A stretch of DNA of 64,000 bases from Phallusia mammillata. Taxonomy: Eukaryota. Shown piece after piece: positions 1 through 12,800 of the stretch. Under the pieces are notes generated by a model that saw nothing but the letters and a program-made list of their open reading frames with translations, did not search any database and was not told the DNA's origin. The stretch covers positions 21,452,001 through 21,516,000 of the forward strand of contig OZ281494.1 of assembly GCA_965637545.1 (NCBI GenBank). Reading direction: 5' to 3'. Made by a program: the position numbers and the translations under genes. Position 1 is the stretch's first letter, and the number at the start of each line of letters is the position of its first letter.

Positions 1-1963
1 AGCTCAAAGTTCGTTGCGTGCCAGGGCTCCACAGCAGGGCTTGCTATGTTTGATGGGCCAACCACTTGTCTTGCCAATGACTTAAACTATAGCTGGTCGT
101 TGTGGGTAAATTTCTTCCCATTTTGTGCGTAGGGTCGCCGCAAACCTATGTCGGTCAATATTGAAACACTCACCCGGGTTTTAACATGTGTGTAAAGAAC
201 ACAAACCAAGTCAGCTACATGACTGATAACATCCATGTACGAAAGAAACAAAAGCAATGACAACTATTATGCTCGTCTGAAATTAAAAGTTATTGTTACT
301 TTCTTTTTACATTTTAATTACTTTTCTGTGATTCAATTTCCATGATATTACACTAACGTTTTTTAACTGGTATGACGATGTAGAAATGAATGTTGCTTAT
401 ATCTCTATTTTTGAACGCATACAACATTAAGATAGCATGAAAGAGGGTTTGGTTACACATAACCTTACTTGCAAACTTGTTTCAGGTTCGGCTACTGCGT
501 CAGCAACATTTGCCGAACCTAAATATTTCATTACATTAGGGCAGACTTTACAGCATGAAGCTGGTATTTTTGGTACCGGCACCAAGATCCCATAGTGATG
601 ATGTCTATCTGCCATCAACAGACGCTTAACGCGCAGTTTAATGGCTGCGATCACTGTTTCTTTCCCTAAATATTGCTGAGGGAAAATGCACACCTCCTCT
701 GTTTAATAATTTATCTCGGCATGTTCCTATCTGTATTCGAGCCAAAGGCGAGGAAGAAGCCTTGTCAACTATATCATAATAGGAGATCCGTAGGCAATCA
801 TAACTGTTCAGTGACTGAAAGTCGGCAACTTACGCAGGAAAATGTATTCCTACTTTATGTAAAATAAATACACTTTTAGAGCATGCGAAAACTCCCAATG
901 CGATATTGAGCGGTTGTTAAAAAAATATATTTTATAAATGCAATCAAAAAAATGCCCAATAAATTTTAATATTAAACATGGAATAAGCATTACAAAACCT
1001 GGAATAAGCATTATTTCTAAAGGACGGGTTGAACAAAAGTTCAAACTTGACAGCTAGAATCTTGTCACCAGTGTCGGAAATGTAAGACTGGCTACAAGCA
1101 GTGGAGGACATCTTCTGTTGAGCTGCATGACTTGCAATGACTAGTCAACAGATATTTGTCATAGGCATCGTACGAAAGCAAGGTGAGGTATAAACTGTGC
1201 AGTACTTTGTTTTCTGACGAAATCGTTTAAAGCGGTGATTTGGTTTGTTAGCGGGAAGTTGTATGCCCTATATCAGTGTGGCGTTGTAAAACGCGCAGAA
1301 TATCACGCATGCAAACAGGCCCCTGACAAGAATTTGGACAAAGAACTGGTCTCAGATTATCTAGGAGAATTGACGATTATCCGTTACGGTGTGCATTGTC
1401 TTATAACGAACAAACGATGCAACTGTAACAGTTTGATTCCCCCAGTGTTATTATCTGCCTCTCGTAGGAAACAAAGAACAGCGAGCATGGCGGCAATTAG
1501 ATGATAACACCGTCCCATTAATTTCAGAGCGAATCCCTTTTGTCTGTACGCAGCGCGACAAGTTTCTATTCCATTGTTTTATTCTGTTTGTGGAAACTCA
1601 ATTGCTACAGACGAAAGCTGAAAACAGTTTTTGAGCCTTGTTTGATTTGAATTGTTTGCAGCTGTTGTAGTCAAGATTTGTTACCTTGTAAACAACAATG
1701 GTTCAGGCATGTTTCGTTGACAAACTTTTCTTGAAAATACCAAAGACTAACTGTAGGTTTTTTGTTGTTCCCGCGAAACTGTCTGGGCATATGTAATTAG
1801 TTTATTTGCTTGAATTTAAACGTTTGAACGTTTGTAACAACACGGTAGACGAAAGATTACTGTTTTCAAAGTATACATAACAGTATTTTATTTCCATGCA
1901 TGTAATTTATGTATCTGATATGTCTTTACTTTGTTAAACGGATAATCAAAATGTTGGTTACAG

Positions 1964-2100
1964 CAGAGTTTGGGCCGGGCTTTTCGGGCCGGATTCGGGC
2001 TTAGTTTTTATCAAAAAAACGGGATTGATTCGGGCCTGACTTTACACTTTGTGTCAAATAAATTTTTCTAGCTCAATAGCCAGTTGTTGGGCCTGACCTG
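1964..2100. mobile_element. Degraded MITE/hAT-like fragment with repeated (TC)GGGCC(TGAC) motifs
   Basis: Starts CAGAGTTTGGGCCGGG and contains several GGGCCGG/TCGGGC/GGGCCTGAC subrepeats in AT-rich DNA. No matching right TIR or TSD found. Confidence 0.35.
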
Positions 2101-3766
2101 ATGTCAAACAGCATTGTTTTTCAGGCTTCTACCAGTGGCACAACAACATTTCTACAAACAAAACAGGTCGCGTCACTTACAATACTCCTGTGAATTCCGC
2201 TTCCTGTGTAAGTGAAAAATGCTGTAAGTGCTGTCAACGAGTCCGATGTCAAACTACGACCCTTTGGACACGCGCTCCATTAACAACAAACACATGGAAG
2301 TGACACTTTGAAAATACTTTTGCACTTAATTAGCAGGGTTCAACTTGCGAACACAGTCGATATATTTATCAGCCAACAGTCCTCTAAGAAATGTGATAAG
2401 AATATCAGGCGATGAAATATTTACAACTGCAGCCTATTGAAGTTGTCATGGTCTTGCAACGTTTAAAGCACAGAGAACTAAAAAATATAATAAAGGCTAA
2501 CATTTTGGTCACTGGACACTAACGTTTAATTTGTAGGTAGCTCTGCAGGTAAAGTTCTATTGTCTTGTAACAAAGGCTGATAATTTGAATGTGAGAACAA
2601 GTGCAAACAAGTGTCAGAGCAGCACCTGTTGCTAAGTCAACATAACCACCGTTACGAAATTATGTTTTCGAACTTTTAAATAGTTTATGTTTGGTAAGAC
2701 TATAAGCGGTTAAATGTTTTAGTTATTACTTCATCAAAGCAAGAAATATCGTGCCAGGCGTCAAGTCAATGTGATAAATATTTTTAAACACAACTGAGTT
2801 AATCCCTTCCTGTACTAAAAATCGGGGAACAGACAGGGCGCAGCGGGACAGTTGGTCTGCAAACATTCTCTTTGTCAATGGAGTAAATGTAAAAGGTGTT
2901 TGTGATCCCCTGCTGCCGCCCTTGTTTTATGTTATCGGCCTTCGTGTCTACATACCCGGCTTGCGATAATCCGTTAGTCTGCCGCTGAGCTGACAAAACG
3001 CAATTGGCAAAAAAATACCATTTCAAACATATAAGTTGAAATTCGTTCAGTAATTGGCAGTTTCGCATTGGCCAATTAAACAGGCATATGCTAACAAAGA
3101 AGCATTGTATATTTTAAACAGTATTATCTCGGCAAATGTTGATAGTTTTAAATACTCTAACCAGTATTCTTGGTTGTTAGCGCGGTAAACTGAAGTTACA
3201 GCAAAACTTTTAGAAAAAGTAATTGGTTGTCCCAGCAAAATCACAAGGTTATTAAGAAATATTTCATGATCTATAAACAACAACGCTTTTTTTACTTGTT
3301 CGCATAATTGTCTGACAGCCTCATTCCTTAAGTCTAAAATATTAGTTTACAACGACGCCAGGAGGCGACATTGAGCACCGTTGGCGAGAAAAAAGTTGCC
3401 GAGGACAGACGGAGAGAAGAGTAAGACAGAGCGACAAATTCGTAACACTGACTCGACGAGAAAGGCGAGAAGCGGTCTACCGGGATTTGCGCCAGTTGAA
3501 AAAATGTCGAACTCGCGTGAAAACAAACGCGAAAAAAATGATCTCTCTTTCCGCTTCATCCTATTTAGTTGTGAAAACTGATTTCGAAGATGGACATGCA
3601 AAGCAGCTGCGGATATTCTGCTAGAAAATCATACTAACTGGTTGTATGTTTACACAGATATAGGAAAAACATTCGTATTAGTGTGGTGTTACGTTTAGCC
3701 ATAGGATTACATCAAACAAGTTTTTGATATTGATGACAAGAAAAAGTCTGTTGAATTTTACTTGCA

Positions 3767-3894
3767 GTAAGTACAGTTGATAAAAATTTTACCAAGTTAC
3801 GAAAGTATGATACAATAAATGTTAAAAAATGTTAATTTTAGAATTACATGCATTAACGGTTACATCACGCTTTTCAAATAAATTATATTTTTAG
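3767..3894 (+). other. Probable 5'UTR intron of Irx-1
   Basis: Consensus donor GTAAGT at 3767 and acceptor TTTTTAG ending 3894, 54 nt upstream of ATG 3949. An in-frame TAA at 3925-3927 makes the region upstream of 3949 non-coding. Confidence 0.5.
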
Positions 3895-3948
3895 AAATTT
3901 CAACGAATTCCAATCAACGTCATTTAAAGTGATCAATTCTGATAGTCA

Positions 3949-6890
3949 ATGGACGCTCGACTCGTAGCCGCTCGACTTCCCGGGCTTGCGATGTACGGAA
4001 CCCCGTATCAGTCACCGCCTTTTCAGGGCTATCTTCCGTACGGACCCGCCGCGGCTGCTGCAGTAGCTGCTGCGACAGACCCATCGGCATTTTACTCACA
4101 CATGGTAAGTTACTGTCAAAAACATACTTTTCACGATCTTTGTAACAAACAAACAATATTAGCCGTCGAAAAAATACTTATGTTTACAAAATGGCCGGCG
4201 CATGTCATATCTATTCATATTTTACGTCTTTGGTTACGGAGCCAGATTGTTACACGGAAGTTCATCAGGCGTAATATTGTTATTATTATGTTGAACTAAT
4301 GTTAAACCTGAATAACTTTTGTTGATGGTTGTGTATGTAGGCTACTGTATTTATGTCATTGGCATACAATCCCATCAACTTGCTCATTGGTGTATGTGCA
4401 AAACATATGGCCTAAAATATAAACAACAATGGCCTTGCTTTATATTTGCAATTTTTGACGTTTTTACTTTCTAGGGCCCCGGCGATAATTCCGAAGCTTG
4501 GCGGGCAGGACTGTCTCAAGCCGCCGCCTACTACGATCCCGCGGTGGCTGCGCACTACGGATACGGGTGGGTATATGTTTTGTATTATTAACATTGGTGA
4601 TGGACGTTTCTGCTTTTGTTTCGTCAAGTAGTTTTGTTTTGCAAAGCTGATTTTGTTGTCTTTTTAGGTACGGTCCAATGGGCTTGACCGATGGTGCACG
4701 CCGAAAAAATGCCACCAGAGAAACAACTTCAACATTAAAGGCTTGGCTGAACGAACATCGAAAGAATCCGTACCCAACAAAAGGAGAAAAAATTATGCTC
4801 GCCATTATCACTAAAATGACGCTTACTCAGGTTCGTGCAACCAACAATTTAATGCAGATTTGGGAATTTTTTAAAGATTTTTTGGGATTTTTTTGTGATT
4901 GCATTATTTTTGTACGTTCATATACATTTTTACATTAGGTGTCAACCTGGTTTGCAAACGCTCGTCGTCGACTAAAAAAGGAGAACAAGATGACCTGGTC
5001 ACCACGCAACAGATGCGGTGAAGATGACGATGATGAAGATATGGATGATGGCAACCACAGTATCCCTAACAACAACAGTCGGTCTTCAACGCCCATCGGA
5101 AACGACAGCGATATTTGTTCTCAACCAACAAACAACCCCATGGTTCCGCCCGGCGCCCATATACGTCGTGAAGTTGTGCGGCCAAACGGACACAGCAGCG
5201 GTGGCGAAAGTTTGTCGGATGAGAGCGCGGTATATTCCGATCAACCGGAAAATTCACACCACGTCGATAAACCAAGCGAAAACAACGATACTGCCCAGTC
5301 CGAAGCGAACAACAACGGAAAAGAATCGCCGAACTCAGGTACCTTGTTTATTAAAAATGGCGGCGGTTTAACAGATGTTGTTTAGCGGTATTCGAGTACG
5401 CTATATTAAAAGTTGGCAGCAAAAGGCAAGTAATTCACACTGCAGGGTCACGGCCCGGTCACAAAAAGTGTGAACGATTTAGCCTTGTAATTAGTTAATA
5501 CATGCATGCGCCGTCATGACGATTTACTGACAAGCGGTGAGCGTTGTATGCCATCACGTGTCAATAACCCTTACACGATGAACTCGCAATGAACCATTGA
5601 CTCACCTCACGTACAAGATTGGTTTATGCAATAGTTTTCGAAATTAAAATCGTTTACTTTTAGGATTTACCCGACTCAACGAAGAACACCGAGCAAGACA
5701 GCTATCTTCACATTTTGCTCGCCATGCAATTCACCCATATGCAAACCCACGTAGCTCCCCATCAGCAATTCCCAGCAGTCTTTCACCTTCTGTCCATTCT
5801 ACTCTTCGCACTGGAATGCCCTTCAAAGGAAGCGTGTCATGTCACCTACCGACCTCGCAACCGCCACATCGCATTTTTCACCCCGGACATAACTTGCCTG
5901 CTCAATTCAACCCGGCCGCTGCTGCTTCTCTTATAGCTGCCTCAAGGGGCCATACTTTGCCGCCGCACGTAATGGCCGCTCTCAACGAACAGGCGCAAAT
6001 GCATCATTACCAGCAAGCGTTACAACATCTTCCTGGCAACCCTATGCGCATTGGTCAATCTGACGGACATGTATCGGGAAGCGAAAGTCCATCACCATTA
6101 TCCCAAACAGCTTCTAAATCTCCACAAACCCCTTCAAGTACGACTGCCTCGTCAACTGGTTCATCTTCACCTCCTACCAAACCAAAAATTTGGTCCCTGG
6201 CTGATGTTGCAACAAGTGACGACAATCCGAAAAAATCTGAAACAAATTCCCCCCCAGGATCAGCAAGAAGAACTGAAATAAACTTTCAAAATGATACAGG
6301 GGCTGTAAGAAGTTGGATGGATGATGTTTTGCATCAACGAATAACCGGACTTTCGGGAAAAACACCGACATCTCTATCTAACAATGTTCCTATGACGCCC
6401 CAGCAGTTGCACCAGTTAGCCATAACTTTAAGTTCCACCCATTCTCAAGGCAACCACATGTTGGATCACCAGCATCTTGTGAACGAGGGTGTGCGAATTC
6501 CTACAGGTTTTATGGATGTATCGTCGTTTCATAACCACACGAACCTGATGCGCCAACAAGTTTTCAACCTCAACCAGCGTAAAGACTCGAAAGGTGGTTA
6601 AATATTTAAGTCACTTATAACAGGCAAAACGTAATCGAGTGAAAAGTTAACGTGATATAGTTTCAAACGGGCAACCACGTTTTTTTCCCTTTGTGTTCTT
6701 CACTAAAATATGGTATTCATTTTTAGATTGTGTACCCGATGACAATGATTCGTTACACTCATCTGACACACAAGACCATCATCCGAATGGCAAAACCGGT
6801 AAGTGAAACTTTATCACATATGCCTAATTATATGATAGTTCTTGAATTAGCAGACTTTTTAATTGACAAATTTTGTGTTTTACAGATTAA
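3949..6890 (+). CDS. Irx: Iroquois-class TALE homeobox protein, paralogue 1 (~605 aa). Exons 3949-4104, 4475-4566, 4668-4830, 4939-5338, 5664-6593, 6727-6798, 6886-6890
   Basis: All introns are GT-AG with consistent phases (0,2,0,1,1,1). Homeodomain [44 protein letters not shown]|[16 protein letters not shown] has the TALE PYP loop and WFANA. It is followed by an acidic stretch (DDDDEDMDD) and a canonical IRO box [12 protein letters not shown]. The last two small exons are less certain; an unspliced form would stop at 6601. Confidence 0.93.
4668..4992 (+). other. Irx: Irx-1 homeobox, split by a phase-0 intron (4831-4938) between Gln and Val before helix 3
   Basis: ACTCAG|GTTCGT...ACATTAG|GTGTCAACCTGG; translation is continuous across the junction. 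Confidence 0.95.
6179..6217 (+). other. IRO box ([13 protein letters not shown]) of Irx-1
   Basis: Direct translation matches the Iroquois-family KPKIWSLAE-type motif. Confidence 0.9.
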
Positions 6891-9800
6891 AACCAACTTC
6901 GGAAAATTTGTCAATGAAACCCATCAGCGCAAATCATGCTGTGATATTACCTTACTGCTGGAAATATGCATCGTGGAAACATGACTGTTTCTGACTGAGA
7001 GCGTCTGTAAGGGTCGGAGGCCGCTTAACAATTTTCTAGTTTCGTGAAAAGCTGCTACAGCTAATCTACATTCGTGGCAACATTGACGAAAGCCTCCCAC
7101 ACCAGGATTTTCGACTAAGAAATGTCAACTAAGGCAGGTTGTTATTGGACATAAACCAGACGTCAACATTGGTTTACAACACATAACGAGGTACTTACAT
7201 GTTGTGCTGCCCAAGCTGCGCTCAAACTCCATGTTTGAAAAGCACATTTTCAGTTTCCAAGTATTATCCATTCTTTCTTGTGTGTGCATGTATACTTTGC
7301 CTGTGTCTTATTTTGCAACTGCGAAATTGACTCGAGTCGAAATTAGATATATTATTGTTCGCTATGAATGGTTGTGTCAAAGTTCACGTTTACTGTCGTT
7401 TTTGGTTATTTAGCGCATCATGAAAGGCAAAATAAATATGAAATATTCCAACTAATATCTGCTTTCTTTTTCTAAGTGTTTCGAAACAAAAGATAAACAT
7501 TGTTTTCAATGTTTTATGGCCTGTAAAAAGATTGCCTAGCCGTAAAGGAACGACTTGTTAACATTTAATTATGTGGCGAAGGATTTTCGCAGTGCGATGA
7601 GGGTAGATGATAAAAGAAGTGTAAACAGTACATCCGGTGACCGGCGCTGTTGTTAGTGGCAAGCGCTTGTCAAACAACTCGGGAGTGCGGAAAGATTATG
7701 GACAGGTTTAGTTGCTATTGTGAACTAAAATTGCTATTGTGAAAAAAATTCAAAAAAATCTCGGTTATTGAAATCTGTAAGATATCATTTAACAGGACAA
7801 GTTTCATTGGAGGAAACCTGACTTGTGTTTATAAATTTAAAAAGCTACAATGTTTTAATGAACAATTGTTAATAAATTTCTTTCATCACGACGCCATTTT
7901 GAAATGTTGTGGTCGTGTTTCGATATTATGGTCTAAACATGTTGAAACTGGTTCTTTGCCCGTCTTTTGGAAGTAACCTGAAGCCAATGGTCAATCAGCG
8001 TTCTTTTAATAATAATCAATAATATCAATTCTGATAAACTAGTTTAAAATCTAATTGTTATTGATTTCTAGCACTAATACAACAAATGTGTCAGAGGCCT
8101 CGTGGCGAGGTTTCCAGACTTGCGCGCATTACTTACAGAGAAGAGCAGTGTGGCTGTCACTTTAATGCTGTATGATATTTTCAAGTAGGGAATTTTAACG
8201 GCGATTTGTTGATTAATAATGTATGTTCCACATAGCCGGTATCTGTTTGTTAGATGCTTGCTGTCTTGGGACTTCTCTCATTGGTTTCGCCTTTGAAGTT
8301 GCCTTTTTCACAACAGTTCTATTCACGCATCACCTTCATGCACACATCTCGCTTCCCAGACGTACTTAAGATAGTTAGATATATATACTACCGGTAGTGT
8401 AAATGGTGGAAAGCTCACACAAAAAAACAAAACTTGATTTTAGGAAAAAAAGTCACGTAACTATGAAAAATACTTTAATTTGATTAAAGGGCATTTTACA
8501 AAACCAAAAACTGCCATGCTTTACGTATTTATGTGTATTCTTTTCAAACATATTTTGTAACTTTTCATATTTTTTTACACTTTGGTTAACATGAATACAA
8601 TAACTGGAAACAGAAAATCAAGTGGGCTTAATAGCAATCCTCGTAAATGGATGCTGAACTATTCTCACGAAGCAACATGACAATTACGTTGTATTTACAA
8701 GATAATTCAAAGCAGAAATTGTGATTCGGTTTGTGAGCATTGAGAAACAGCTCGCTCACCGGGATTGACTCGTAATAGATAATAACAGTTCGTGTGTTAC
8801 GAATATTGAATTACTCGTAGGCATCAACGTACAAACTAAGTCCTCAATGAGCAGTACAGTGAGCTGGAGACTGAAAAACGTGTTAGAGTTTGAATGTCTG
8901 GGGAGAAGATGGCTGTAGAGTGAAAATTTAGGGATTTATGGCAAAACTCATTGCCAGTTGACAATAGCTGGTTTTTGAAGGCAGTGATTTATAAGATTCG
9001 AATTAAATTAGGGCGACACCTGGAGTTTTTGCTCGCGGTTGAACGCATTGCATTGTTGTTCTATGTGGAAATTGATGTAAATTTGTTCCGCCACAAGACG
9101 ACACGTCAGCTGAAGTTTGTGAAATGTTTGCAGGAACACGACACAACGTTCGTGTCAATTACGTTTGCGATATTCACCTCTCCTGTAGCATTTTTGGACA
9201 AATATTTTTAAATAGGAATATGACATTGCATTGTCTGAATATTCTTTGGAAACCTAATAAAATTGTACGTTTTTCTATTTACATTTTTCGGGGTTTATTG
9301 ATTGTTTTTCTAAAAAGTTTTGTCTAAAAAAATAAGAAAGTTCTGATAACACAGCAACACTTGATTTTCTTCGATAAGCCTAAATTACACACAACGTAAA
9401 AATTTAGTGGCACATTTACAGCAATATATAAACCCTTGATGTGTATACAAACATTGCCCAAATGCGCCACCTTATCAACATGTATTTGTTGCCGAAGAAG
9501 GATTACACATGTTGTAGTTGGTGCAGAAAGGAGCAACACCAAGTCCAACACTCTAAATGTGTTGAAACGTATTTCATGTTGCAATTACCACACATGAGTG
9601 GATTGTGCTGCGCGACTGGTTTGTATAATCCAGCCTCGACCATACGCCATACACACTAGCGGATACGCTGGGCGCAGAGCGAGAGAAATTTATTAGTGGC
9701 GTGAAATTGCGTTATAAACCGGTCAAATCGCGTAAACAAGCAAAGGAAAAGGCGCAGATTAAACAGGATTAACCCCGATAGGTGCTGCTTGAAAGATCCC

Positions 9801-12800
9801 GATGTGACGTCCACAATATGTCGATTGCCCCCGGGTTGACCTTCGTCGACTGCGTGTTACGTCATGTCAATGACAACTGTACCGAGTAACCTAATCCAAA
9901 GGCGCCAAGGCTAGAATGCATAAAGTATAGTCCATAAACAGAGCGAACATCTGTGGAATTATAATGGGATTTTAGCCGTGAGTCAGGTAATATACTGATA
10001 TTTGGATTCAATTAGGATGCAGTCGCCAAACCAGACATGCAGGATCTAAATTTAAATTTGTTTTACTTGTGAAATATTTATATCTACACACAAATATACT
10101 GCACCAAACAACAAAGCTGTGTAAAATAATTCCTACACAATTGGTTCTTTTTTGACAGATTAACAAACGTCCACTGAGGAACATTTTGCCGCCTGTTTTC
10201 TTGCCAAGTGAAGAGCGTTTCTTTACCTCAACGAGATTGCGGTTTTGTAACTCGTGAGTCACTCTTTGTACCATAAATATTTACGTGTACGGAGCGGAAG
10301 ACAGGTGCTCAGACAAGTGTTTGGTTAGTCAGTACAACTTAATTTGGCTCATCTGTTGAATGTAAATTCAATTTGAAACCAAAAGAATGGCACTGTTTTC
10401 ACATCATAAACGTAACAACAGTGGTTTATATTATGCCTATGTATGGGCTTTGTTAACGCTGAGTGACATTTTACAGAAAATCTCCTTAACCAACTCAAAT
10501 TATAACACGTTAGTGCGAAGCAACTGGACGCCTCTAAACAAAATTAGTTTCGCTCTGTTTCATCGCCCTTTCGAACTGATTCGTTCCGGGGTTACCACCG
10601 AATTATGCCCAGAGCAACATTCTGTCCTTTTCCGATAGGTACAAAAACAAAGTTAGTCACAATTAGTACAAACAATACGTTTTAACTTGTTCACCCGACC
10701 AATTTCAAAATTTTTTTTATAATCGTGACAATACGTTTGAGTAAAATTGCAGTTTAAGTATGAAATATAAAGCAGGTTCTTTTAGGGCAAAATATTGTAA
10801 TGCACACCTCAATACTTTGATGTTTTCAATGCGTTGATGTTTGTCACCTTTTTTCAAAGCGGGCGTTGTCTTGACATTTATTGTTCAAACAATTGCCGCC
10901 TTTGCTTACACGGGTAATAAACAGTTTATGAGCCACCGAGTGCCGACAGCGTTCATTCCCTGTAACACAACTAATCACAAGTCAAAGCGATAAAAAACGT
11001 CATAACTTGAACAATTCAAATGTCCAATTAGCCGATCGTTTTCAGCAGTTAGGTGACAGTTTTATGGCGGCAACGTTCCCATGCGATACTAAATTGCCGT
11101 CATTGATGTCTGCGCGCCTGCAAGGTAGCTTCTTTAAGAGAATCCCTGAAATGTGGACTCTTTGCCAGAGCTACGGTTTACCTTGTGTTTCTGGGCGGAT
11201 TTACTGTGAGACATTTGTTCTGGTTTGGGAGTCCGTGCTAATAACAAATTTAAACCACAGCGTTGTGCCTACATCTTCTTCTGCACTTTATGATGTTTTG
11301 ACAAGTGTAAGGAGTGAAAACAGATGTTATACCAACGTACCAGTTTAATTAAATTGAACATGATTTTGTGCGACACCTAGTGGGGTTAACAATCAAAATA
11401 GGTTCTTCAACAACAAACTTTCAACAGTTAAATATAAGGCTTGTTAACATTCTTGCAGCGCAGTTACTCACTGAAGGTAGTGCAAGAAGTGGAACGTCCG
11501 CTACAGATGTTTTTACTGCCTGGCGATAACGACTTGATTACAAGCAGTAAACCAAGTAACAAGCGGTAACTGAGAGGCAGGATCAACAAATCAAATAAGT
11601 GGTCCCGTTTGGTTTGACAACTTCACAGGATTTTTATGTACTTGACCGAACGACATGTGTTCAACAAAATACAGTAATGATGGCCAGTCGTTAAAAACTC
11701 TCACCACGCCAAGACAAAACCTATTCGACGATGCATGGGCAATTACCACAGTTCTTCTGCAGATATTTGACAGCTATTTTTTTCTATTTTTTTTTTTTCT
11801 AATAATGTACAAACTGTTGTATAACGTACAACGAATGGTACACTGAAAGATGTTTCAGCTTTTCTGCAAATGGTCCGAATGTGAAGTAGGCATATACGCT
11901 AAAAGTTTGTATTGAAGCTGCAATGAAGGACCAAACCTCTGTTCTGGCATTTGATCCCAATTTTGATGTCCCTAAATAAATAAAATGAAAGAATCCTATT
12001 AAAGTCGTAACGCTCATGAGGTCACCGCGCTGACGTGTAGACCTGTTATTGTAACAAAGTTTTGTGTTTTGTCGAATATCAAATCCACGCTGGGATTACG
12101 ATACATGACGTGTTTGTGTGTTTTGATTGTGCTTGGGTTGACTCTTTCCTCTATGCAACACACGCAAGCACAGAGCACTTTAGGCTAAATACATTTTCGG
12201 GGGTTTTAAATTGCCTTCATAATGTTGGCCGCTGTTTATAGCTGCAAGAAAGGCTCATCTGCAGAGCTATGAACGGCTATTTATGTCACCACATGATCTT
12301 CCCCTCAGAGTAGTGATATCGTTCTACGATCAAACACCGTCATATGATTATCGTTTGTTCCATCTTGTGTTGCGGACGTTACAAAATAATCCGTGGTCGC
12401 GTCTTTGCCCGCTTCCTTCGTTGCGTCACAAAGCAGCGAATCAGTTACGTGCGATTTGCGTTAACCCGGTTCCGCTTGTCCATTCGTTTATTTTGACAAG
12501 ATTTGCCCGGGCGCTCATCGCAACTTCGTGTTCCCTTTATTAGCGTCGTGCGGATGCGACAGATGGGAAACCGTAGCGTGTGTATATGTTTTCAAGAGCC
12601 GATAAACATCGCGATACGAAGCCATGAACTATACGCCGAATTATTGTTGCATTGGCCAGGCCGTAAGTGAACATCACTCGACACTAAGATAGGGCGATAA
12701 AATACAGAAAGACTTGAAATATTAATGGCCATCGCTTTTATCAAGGATTATCTCACAGGCGTGCTTGTATCCTGGTAAAATACTCATGAAACATGTCTAC

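Noticed and set aside
1-1250. Several short ORFs and splice-like sites on both strands (e.g. 427..693, 850..1044, acceptor TTTCAG at 277)
   Set aside because: I could not join them into a consistent frame or recognise a domain. It may be the edge of a neighbouring gene but cannot be supported from this window.
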